DNA of 57,020 nt, filler included, from Sphacelaria rigidula (Eukaryota), in NCBI GenBank assembly GCA_964200075.2. It is 8 parts of 8 records of this genome, joined end to end, with 100 filler letters (N's around TTAATTAATTAA, not from the genome) between each part and the next. Parts side by side here need not be neighbours in the genome. Positions count along the whole stretch, not along the records: positions 1 to 7,041 come from CAXNAA020016807.1; positions 7,142 to 14,181 come from CAXNAA020016808.1; 6 more parts are not named here. One strand, written 5' to 3'. The notes below the pieces were generated by a model. That model saw only the letters and a list, made by a program, of their open reading frames with translations. It was not told the origin of the DNA and did not search any database. A program made the translations under genes and the position numbers. Below are positions 1 to 9,352 of this stretch, one piece after another (within the stretch, counting starts at the first letter, position 1; each line of letters starts with the position of its first letter).

Positions 1-2135
1 TGTTTGCGCCAGTTTCTAATTTGAAGTTGTTGAAATTCGCCCAACTGTACTGAAGCGCCCGATTTATCGACTGTAACCTGCCCTATTAACCTCTGCGATC
101 CCCCGTACCCTTCGCCGCTGCCCCCGATCATTAATTTTCGCAGAAACATGCAGAAGACGTGCAAGACGCATCTCTTTTATGTGTCGATGCTCGGCGTGAC
201 ATCAAATTGCGCAGAGTTGGCGATTTGTCTACGCCACGTACTGTCCCTCAAGGGGGAGAGCACGGATGGGGTAGCGGTGGTCTTGGAGCCTACCGAGACC
301 CAGCATCCGGTGTTCGTTGTACCGTTGATGGCTGTTCAGCACAGCATGGTGGTTTTGCAGCTGATTTGTTGATGCGGTAGGATTTGTTTTACCGTGTTGA
401 TGGATCATGAGTTATTCTTGATGATTCCGTCGGCTCATGTTTCGAGTGCATTTTCGGAAATCCGATGCGGTTGGCGAGAGTCACTGGCAAAATTGATTTG
501 CTGCAGCTCATGGACGGGAGGCGCTCCATTGGCTTCGTGCAAGAGAATTTGTTATGATCCGCTGCCATCGAGGGTGAGATGATGGAACAGAAAATCCAAG
601 GTCCCACCACGTTTCGCGACTTTTCTCGACACGAAAAGGCAGGATATCAGCAGTCATATCACACGCGATGACTTGCGCTCCCAAAAACAACGACGGAAAC
701 TGCGGCGAAATATTTCAACAGAAACGTGATTTCAAGATATCCACGAGCCCCAAGTCCACACGAATGGTGGCATCAACCGCAACTGCGAATGAATTCGGGC
801 ACAACCTGGCTAAATCGTATCTTATACTCGAACCGCACGACTCACTACTCTGGAGACCTCTTGAACGGTGCATTCTTCCACAAATGCGCGCCTGTGGGCC
901 AGCGCGCAACATTGTCCAACATTATTGTGCCATTCCATTCAGGCAACGGGTGGCGGGAATGTTGCAACATGCTACACCTGTAAACTTTTCGTCTCATCAT
1001 CGGAACCGGCGCAGCGAGACATGTTATGAAAAAAACCTCACTCTCGATCGTACTTTCAACGCTCGATTTCACGGAAACACTGTTGGATTTACCTGCAGGA
1101 TTTTGCACCAATATGCGAGGTAAGCGTTTTGTCCATTAATGATGCAGACACTCCCCGCCGCTGATAGCCATCCAAAGCGTACTCTCAATCGTATCATCTA
1201 CTCTCAATCTCACGAAAACATTGTTATATATTATTCTTATGTTTTATGTTTGTCCACATTCCGAGTTCCGGCATGCAGGTGCAACAGTCACGATGCCTGA
1301 CAGCGCAGAATTTCTCCAAACTCCGACGCACCAGCGGCCAGTATTTCGTTCTTCCGTTTCTCTCTAATGAACAGTGTCTCCTGCTTTTCCTCGGGAATAT
1401 GCGCTTTCGTCGATTAATTCATTCAGAATTTCACAATTTCCTGCGACATCGGCATCACTGACTAATCTACACCTCTCTCGGAATTTCACTTGTTTTGCCC
1501 CTTCGACCACTGACAACTTTACCTTTCTCGGATTGTCGCACGCTTTTCTCTGCCACTTCGGCACCACCTTGCGAGTGACTTCGCCAGCCGTTTGCGCGAA
1601 GTTTACTCTGCAACCAGTGACGTCTCCAGCCGTTTGACCTCCTTCCGCGCCCAGTGACGCTCCCAGCCGTTTGATTCCCGTTTCGCAATATTTGCTTCTT
1701 TAGTTTCTCCGTGATCAATCACTACAGGTGTTTCTTCCGTTTTATTTCTATGGACTTGAAAACAATTATTTCGTTTCGTCTTCAGCCCATCTCGAGTCTC
1801 CTTCCCGGCCGTCAGCACCTCTCTCGCTGTTGGCGACACCCACCTCTCTATTTCTCCACCACTACCCACTTGCCTCCTTTCTGCAGCAGTTTGTTTTGTT
1901 GGAGCTTACCGCGTGCCGCTCCTGGCGCGAAGATGCCCCGTACACCCTGGGATAGTGTGTACCGATATATTTCACGATGGCTGCGACCTTCTTCGCGCTG
2001 AGTGTTGCGGCGTCAGTCGCACTATCGTTACGTACTTGAATATCACCGCTAGTACATATGCCTTGACTGAGATCGCTCCGGCCGAGCGCTCAAACGCAGG
2101 CATTGATATCTTGAAAACGATGTCGCTTTCACAAA

Positions 2136-2830
2136 TTCATTTTTGGATGCCGTCAGCAAATGGACACCTCCGGCGGTCCAAGGCTTTACTTCGTCATCAG
2201 CCCCTTTCTTCACAATGTCTGCGTCTTTTATTGACTGACCCAACTGCACTTCAAGACTAACCCAACCGTATCCCGAGAAAAGCAGACCTCGAACACTCGA
2301 GCAGCGAGGATGCTTTATCGCTCCGTAGGCAGAGCGTGCTTCGTCCGACGGCGTAGATACAAAACCTCCGACCCAGCAGAAGTGCTCATTCGGTGGCAGA
2401 ATCGGCACAATTTTCAGGGCCTTTTCGAGTTAAAATGGTGCCGATTCCGCACTAAACTCCGGCGCTTTGATCAAAATGATGCCGATTTCACTAATTAATT
2501 CATTGATGCCATCAACAAATGGACACCTCCGACGGTCCAAGGCTTCACACTGTTTATTTCGTTAAAACCCCTTCTTTCTCAATATCTCTGCATTCTATAC
2601 AGACTGACCCAACTGCACTTCAACACTAACTCCAGCCGTACCCCGTACCCCGAGAAAGGCAGACCTCGAACACTCGGGCAGCGAGGGTGTACTATCGCTC
2701 CGTAGGCAGAGAGTGCTTTGTTTTACGGCGTGAATACAGACCTTCAACCCAGTGGAGGTGTTTATTTATTCGTGGAATCAGCATCATTTTCAGGCCGGTT
2801 TCGAGTAAAAATGATACCGATTCCGCACAT
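2136..2830. repeat. Imperfect tandem duplication of a ~360-bp unit (copies ~2136-2460 and ~2499-2830)
   Basis: Both copies share GATGCC(G/A)TCA(G/A)CAAATGGACACCTCCG(G/A)CGGTCCAAGGCTT, GACTGACCCAACTGCACTTCAA, GCAGACCTCGAACACTCG and ATCGCTCCGTAGGCAGAG in the same order. Confidence 0.85.
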
Positions 2831-2859
2831 GAACACCTGCGGCACTGAGGGGATTTACC

Positions 2860-3090
2860 GAAAGACCGCGATCTGTTGAGTCGGCATCATTTTCACTTGA
2901 AAAAAGAACGCATAATCCAGATGGGCTACCATCACGGTGTGAGGGTTAACCTTAGACCACGAACGTGGTCCATCTGGACTTTTGATACTGTTTTGAGGTA
3001 AGATTGATGCCGATTCAACAGATGACCTGCTCTCGCTGTCCAAGAGTTAACCCTCAGCGACCCCGCAGGTGGACTGAGATGGACTATGCC
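2860..3090. mobile_element. Cluster of decayed ~100-bp piggyBac-like MITEs joined at TTAA
   Basis: Same core as the 5420-6720 array (TCGGCATCA..TTCACTTGAAAAAA..ATCCAGATGG.CTACC). Junctions read GAGGG-TTAA-CCTTAGACC and CAAGAG-TTAA-CCCTCAG. Confidence 0.7.
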
Positions 3091-4460
3091 ACATCTGGGG
3101 TTCAGAACAGCTATTTTCTCGCTGCACAAAAACGCGTTTTCTCATAATCATGTGGATGCTGGGCACCTATAGATGAAATATTACCGCGGAACTCCTGACT
3201 CATTTTGACCGTGCAGTCAAGAGCGTACAGAGTCAGCATGCGTGCGGTATATCTCCGCTGGATACAACGGCAAGAAATCGTGCCATCGCCTTCCACTGGG
3301 TCGTGGGTTCAAATCTCGGAGCGATTTCGAATTTTTTCTCACACAATACCCAATAGTGGAGAGCAACGATGTCGTGAGTACATAAAACTCGACTTAACGG
3401 ACGAGGAGGGAAAGGAACTGCTCAACCCCTCGGCCACCTTGCGGCCACGTTCAGTCAGGTTTTGTGAGTCGTTTCAATTGTGTGGATGCAGTTCATAAGA
3501 ATCAAACTCTCTAGCTTTCACAGGTGTTGCGACTTCGGTGCATGTTGTTACCGTGACTACCTCTGAGCAGACGGGAGTACGTGCAGTAGAGCAACGAAAG
3601 GTAGCTATGATCCGGTTTGCCTGCCGTACTGCCGACAGCGTCGCGTGAAAGCCACAAGACCCTTGCTGTCGGCGGTTGATGGCGTGCGTCTCGAATACAA
3701 CGACATGCGGTTGATCGTACAGTACTCTCGTCTCTCCTCCCAACTTGTAATAATGCATGACCTCCTGACATCGGAATAATTCTGGAAAGCTACTCGTACT
3801 GTACCGAGGCGTTTACGCGGCCAGCGTGTGCTGCGGATTGCGGCATGGGCGGACTCCTATTCGCCACGCTAGCAACAGTTAGGTCACCACCATGGGTATC
3901 TTGTTTCACTCCGCATGTCAAGAAGGTGTCTACAAGCGTTTGATCTCTCAACAACACCCTCCTCAACTGGCGTGTGGCACGCTCTTCTGCTCGGGCACCC
4001 GGTCCGGGGACTGTCGGGGAAAATCAACGATGAATAACACCCCCTGAGTTCAAATTGGATATATCTGTTGTTGCCGCAGCACCGCCCTTGTTGGCATGTG
4101 TGTGACAGAGAACAGTAGTAGCGGTGACGGGAACATTACCCTATTTTTCAACCACGTGTTTTCAGCGCACAGAGGCGCGTCCTGTCCAAGAGGTGAGGCA
4201 GAGAGAAATCGATCTTCGCGTTCGTGAGCTCGACAGGCAAGAAGGGACGGAATCTCTCCGCACCTCGATGTTCTGGCACATGGAAAATTGGGCACATGCT
4301 GGTATAATAACATCGATGATGCCAGTCTCTTGAGCGATTGGTAATCGCCGAGCGAGGACACACAAAGGACACGGGCGAGGAGCTTCCTCTCTGTCGTTGC
4401 TTCTCTCTTTGGTGACATCGTCATCGACACGCGTGCACACCACATTCGTTAGGTGCACCT

Positions 4461-4677
4461 TGTATTGCGTGAGAGGACCGCGTGCTTAGAGAACTGCATC
4501 GAAATTTGAACATCCCCATGGTAAAGGTTAGGGTTAGGGTTAGGGTTAGTGTTGGGGTTATGGTCAGGGGCGTGGTACCTGCAGGGACTGGCCCGATTGG
4601 TTTTGGAAAACATCGATCCTGCGGTGTTTTGAACTACGGCGCGGTCCTCCAAGCACGCGGTCCTCTCACGCACTACA
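4461..4677. mobile_element. 217-bp TGT...ACA non-autonomous element with long TIRs, 5-bp TSD (CACCT) and an internal TTAGGG tract; Ginger/TDD-like MITE (tentative)
   Basis: Left end TGTATTGCGTGAGAGGACCGCGTGCTT matches the reverse complement of right end AAGCACGCGGTCCTCTCACGCACTACA (1 mismatch in 27). CACCT flanks both sides (4456-4460 and 4678-4682). Confidence 0.75.
4526..4562 (+). repeat. Interstitial telomere-like (TTAGGG)n tract
   Basis: GGTTAGGGTTAGGGTTAGGGTTAGTGTTGGGGTTATG, lying inside the 4461-4677 element. Confidence 0.85.
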
Positions 4678-4829
4678 CACCTAGCCACAGTTGCTTAACT
4701 GCTGCTTACATTTGGGGGGGAAGATGGCTTCGCTCGGTCGTAAGTGCTTCGCGTTATCCCTGCAAAAGAGAAATGACACTTGAACCTCATTTTTTAGATG
4801 AACCCCATTTTTTAGGATCCACTGTTAAG

Positions 4830-4934
4830 TGTCGTCTTTTCTCCTGTGTGACCCCGGATGGTGCGCCCACATACACCGGAAGATGTAGACCGGTGCCCAG
4901 AAAAGATGGGATGACAACACACACGCACACACAC
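4830..4934 (+). mobile_element. Short dispersed repeat ending in a (CA)n tail (retroposon-like 3' end), copy 1 of 3
   Basis: CTCCTGTGTGACCCCGG...GCGCCCACATACACCG...TGTAGAC...CCCAGAA...GACAACACACAC. Homologous copies at 18572-18691 and 49394-49487. Confidence 0.75.
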
Positions 4935-4947
4935 TGTCGATGCTGGT

Positions 4948-5410
4948 AACACCATATTCGTGAGATTCAGAGCGTAGTTTCAGATTCAGAGTGAGACCCG
5001 AAAGAATTGATTTTCCCGTCGATTTTGACATGGCCACAGTTCGAGGAGTAATGCGCCCAGGTGGTGAAGCGGTGGCTTCAATGAAAGCTGTCACCTCCAC
5101 GATCAATTTGACACATCACTTGATCGCAACGGCGTAGTCCGTCCACTTCAACAAAAAATCCCCTCTTTCAGGAAAAATCGATTAGTGCCTGAAACAGTTT
5201 CAGTTCCGAAACGCCCCCCCAGGCGTAAACTGCTTTATGCGGTATCTCACCAAACAGACCGCCGAATTCCTCGAACGGGGTACAGTACGGTAGCTGCATG
5301 CGCAGCACGTGTGCTCAATCAAAAAAACAAGAGAAAAGCTGCCTGTTGAGAGCGCTAGAGCATCCACTCTGAATCTCAAACTACGCTCTCAATCTCACGA
5401 ATAGGGTGTT
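4948..5410. mobile_element. 463-bp MITE with ~46-bp TIRs (AAC...GTT) and 4-bp TSD (TGGT); superfamily unassigned
   Basis: AACACCATATTCGTGAGATTCAGAGCGTAGTTTCAGATTCAGAGTG (4948) is the near reverse complement of CACTCTGAATCTCAAACTACGCTCTCAATCTCACGAATAGGGTGTT (5365-5410). TGGT flanks both ends. Confidence 0.8.
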
Positions 5411-5419
5411 TGGTGTAGT

Positions 5420-6720
5420 CCCTAACCCTTACGTGGGAGAATAGGTCATCGGTTGAATCGGCATCAATCTCACTTGAAAAAATTATGATGCATGATCCAG
5501 ATGGGCTACCCTCGCGGTCTAAGGGTTAACCCTTAGACGCCGATGCAGGTAGTCCATCTGGATCATGCATCATTTTGTCAAGTGAATATTGATGCCGATT
5601 CAGCAGGTGACCTACCCTCGCGGTCAAAGGGTCAACCCTTCGACCGCGAGAATAGGTCACCTGCTGAATCAGCACCAATATTCACGTGAAAAAAGAATGC
5701 ATGATGCAGATGGACTACCCGCACCGCGGCCCTTTGACCGCGAGGGTAGGTCATATATATGCTGAATCGGCACCAATTCCACTTGAAAAATTATGCGTGA
5801 TCCAGGTGGACTACTCGCATCGTGGTCTAAGAATTAACCCTTAGACTGTGGTGCGGGTAGTCCATCCGGATCATACATACTTTTTTCAAGCGAATATTGA
5901 TGCCGATGCAGCAGGTGACCTACCCTCCTCGCGGTCTAAGGGCCTGTCTTAGCACATGAGTTTTCGATCGAAATTGTGCGGTGGAAAGCAAAAATCCCGA
6001 TCTGATGGGTCGTGATTTCAACCAAAGTTCAGTGGAAAAAACAATCCCGATCTGATAGGTCATGATTTCAACCATCTTCAAAATTGACGACGATGGTTGA
6101 AATCACGACCTATCAGATCGGGATTTGCTTTCCACCGCACAGTTTCGATCGAAAGCTCATGTGCTAAGACAGGGCCTAAGGTTTGATCTTAGAGGGCAAG
6201 AGTAGGCCTCCTGTTTATTCGGCATCAATTCCACTTGAAAAGGTATGCGTGATCCAGATGGACTACCCTCCTCGCGGTCTAAGGGTTAACCATTTTGGGA
6301 CCGTCTACCTCACAACGAGCGTGAGTTAGCGGTAGGTAACAATGGTTTCGCGAAATTGGGAGTAGGGCGTTGGTTGTGACCCAAGGGTTAACCCTTAGAC
6401 GGCAAGAGTAGGCCACCTGTTGATTCGGCATCAATTCCACTTGAAAAGGTATGCGTGATCCAGATGGACTACCCTCCTCGCGGTCTAAGGGCTACCCCTT
6501 TTGGGACTGCCTACCTCACAATCGTGCGTTAACGGCAGGTAACAATGGTTTCGTGAGATTGAGAGGAGGACGTTGATTGCGGTCCAAGGGTAACCTTTAG
6601 ACGGCAAGATTAGGTCACCTGTTGAATCGGTATCAAGTCCACTTGAAAAAGTAAGCGTGATCCAGATAGACTACCCTCCTCACGGTCTGAGTGGTAACCC
6701 TTTTGGGACCTTCTACCCCA
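5420..6720. mobile_element. Tandem array of ~100-bp piggyBac-like MITEs in mixed orientation
   Basis: Units start CCCTT(A/C)GACCGCGAG and end CTACCCTCGCGGTCTAAGGG (inverted ends). Consecutive units share TTAA or a variant (AAGGG-TTAA-CCCTT at ~5521-5534 and ~6383-6396). CCC...GGG ends with TTAA targets are the piggyBac hallmark. Confidence 0.75.
5940..6176. mobile_element. 237-bp Tourist-like (PIF/Harbinger) foldback MITE with TAA TSD
   Basis: ~85-bp inverted arms GGGCCTGTCTTAGCACATGAG... / ...CTCATGTGCTAAGACAGGGCC. TAA at 5937-5939 and 6177-6179. Removing the element restores the host motif GCGGTC-TAA-GG. Confidence 0.85.
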
Positions 6721-6790
6721 CAATCGTGTGTTAACGGCAGATAGCAATGGTTTGGTGAGATTGAGAGTAAAGCGTGAATTGAGAGTGGGT
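6185..6790 (+). repeat. Three tandem ~200-bp composite units (piggyBac-like MITE plus a second module containing an AACAATGGTTTCG.GA.ATTG TIR fragment)
   Basis: The blocks GGCAAGAGTAGG..., TCCACTTGAAAA...ATCCAGAT, TTTTGGGAC...CTACC.CACAA and CAATGGTTT..GA.ATTG.GAG each recur three times at ~200-bp spacing. Confidence 0.8.
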
Positions 6791-7041
6791 TCCATCATTC
6801 ACTTCAAGTTTGCCGATAATTCGTTCCGCGTGTGCTTTTCTTTGCCTAAATCACTGGCGTGCGCTTACAGCTACACGTCGATACCCTACTCAGAGATACC
6901 AAGGGTCTCAGACCATCGCTGCTTTTCTTCTTTGCTTTCTGAGGCCGTTGTTTTTGTCGTTTTCTATTTTTTTCCTTATTTGTTCTTGGGCAATGGCCTA
7001 GAAAAAGTATTCCTTCTCGTTTTTTGCCTAGGAAAGGTACG

Positions 7042-7141
7042 NNNNNNNNNNNNNNNNNNNNNNNNNNNNNNNNNNNNNNNNNNNNTTAATTAATTAANNN
7101 NNNNNNNNNNNNNNNNNNNNNNNNNNNNNNNNNNNNNNNNN
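7042..7141. other. Artificial contig-joining spacer (N44-TTAATTAATTAA-N44)
   Basis: Identical 100-bp spacer with stop codons in all frames, recurring every 7140 bp. Confidence 0.99.
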
Positions 7142-9352
7142 GAATGCGACATCACCCACCCTTCACCAAGGATAATCTACATGCTATACGCGATGCTCAA
7201 TGCGTGCTGATCTTTTGCAAGCTAATCGACTCAAGAAGCGAAAGGTATGCACGATCTTGGTGTAAAGTGGCGAGTTCGTATTGCCGTTTTACACTGTAAT
7301 ACGGGGTCCGAGGATGCCTTGCGTACGCAATGCGACCCATCTAGAGGCTACCTTCCACACCTAACAAATGCCTAATTTGCTTCTGCGACATTTGCGTCGG
7401 GACTGATTTTTGACTGGTTCAGGCCTAGCACGGGCAGCTTTAATTTGTGCGGTTACCTGTACCTACATTTGGTGGCCGAGGTGGGTGGAGATGTACCCGC
7501 TTTCGTCTTCAGCCAAAACAAAACGCATGCACTCCTGAGCAGCGGGAGAAATATCAAGACATGGTGCCTCAGCCAATTTCATGTTCCTTAGCAACGGGTG
7601 CCCTGTACACTCGCGTTTGTTCGAGCATGTTTCTGTCTACTGTGCTATAGCGCGTACGAGTATTCTGCGATTACTTGTGAATTCGTACCAGAGTAGTTGA
7701 TGCGAGCCAGTCACACGACCGACAGTGTCCACGAAACACCTACAAAGCCATTCACATTGTCGCGTTTGGGTGCATGGGGTAAACGGGATGCCACAGGGCC
7801 TTTTCTCCCACAATATACGGATCTGCGCTCATTTCATGAGACATGAAAAGTATCCACTACCGTAGACCGTATGCAATTACGTCCTCACACGCGAGAGCGA
7901 CGGGCCCGAAACGGTACTCGTTTTCTACTGCGTCGAAGTGTACCATAACAAGTACACCCTCACAGTATCGTCTGTGCACAGCCGAACGGTAGGTAAAGTA
8001 AGAGCGATGGCGAGCAGGTCAGAGTGTTGGCGATCAGGCGTCGTTTGCGTAATAATGGTGGCATTCCGATACACCCTTTACGGCCTTGAATAAGTGATTT
8101 TTTGTTTTTCCAGATTCCGCATCGTCCTTGAACTCGCTGCACTTGGTGAAATGCCGATTCTGCCGTTTTCCATCAACATATGATGCACCTTGAGCAACAC
8201 AAAGGTCAACTTTCTCGAAGGGAGCACTCTGTTGACAACACCTCCGAGGTAACTGCGATGGGGGGGAAGAGGTAACAAGAGCAATCCTCGTGAATAAACA
8301 ACATTTGACACGTTTCACGTGCATCTTGCGGAATACCTGAGGGTAAAAGAAATCGACTTCTGGGTGCCTGACAACGAAACCATCTATTTAACAAACGGGA
8401 AACTTCCGCTGGGCCGATCCTGCTCTACTTTGTCTTTGGGCTCTGACACTTCGGACAACCTTCCGTGGGTTACGATTTGCAGAACACCATCCGCGACTAT
8501 AGAACCCCACTGTCGTTAACTCTATGAACAAAAACTGCATTCTAATGTAAGTCACCGCTTGCCAAAACATTTCAATGAGATATCCCCCATGACACACCTT
8601 TCGGCAGCGTGGCCGCCGCAACTTACGAAAAATATCGAGCTTGTCACCCCAACGGGTGATATTTCCCGTAACATATAAGACTATCTGCACAGTGTACAAA
8701 GTAGTAACCTCGATGTGTCAACCCTTCCCCGATTACCGAATCTAACCCACTGCACCATGACCTTTGCGATCTTCATCTCTCCGGCTTTTGAAATTCGCGC
8801 GACCTCCACCCGATGAGCGGATTCCAAATCCTGCATCAGCTTTGGGGTCCCCATCAAATGAAGCTCCGAATTGGTTGCGATACTAGTATATGCTTACCGT
8901 TTTTTCATAGATGCGCCCTGGAACCGCGCGTCGAAGAGGTCGGACTGATATGTGATTGAAAACGAAGTTAATGATATAGCACACCTGCCTTCGAAATTCC
9001 CTCCGAATTTCATACATCGTGTGGTTTTTGGAAAATTTCAGAAACATTAAAGTACCCATATCGAGATACCCCACCGCCATGTACATTACAGAAGTAGTAG
9101 TGACATTTCAATATTTGCCGCGGGTGTAACATTCCAATATTTCTGCATAAGAACAGAAAACTAGACATATTTGTGATGGGGAATGACGCTACTTACCACA
9201 ACACCGTATCCAGATACTTCTCTGCAAGCCACCAAAGGGGATGACTGTTCCGATGTCCAGATTTTATTGCTGAGAGGGGGATATTTTGACACACAGTCTA
9301 CGGTGCAGAAGTGGGCGGCGTGTTGAGTTATTTGGCCTCCGCAACGACAGAC

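Noticed and set aside
148..2001. Overlapping short ORFs at the start of contig 1
   Set aside because: No recognisable motif or consistent exon structure in any frame I translated.
7086..7097. TTAATTAATTAA palindrome recurring every 7140 bp
   Set aside because: It is a synthetic all-frame stop linker embedded in N runs.
7700..8330. Possible transposase C-terminal remnant (LFKAVKGVSECHHYY...RRYC/GCTC) on the minus strand
   Set aside because: The resemblance is too weak and fragmented to support without a profile search.
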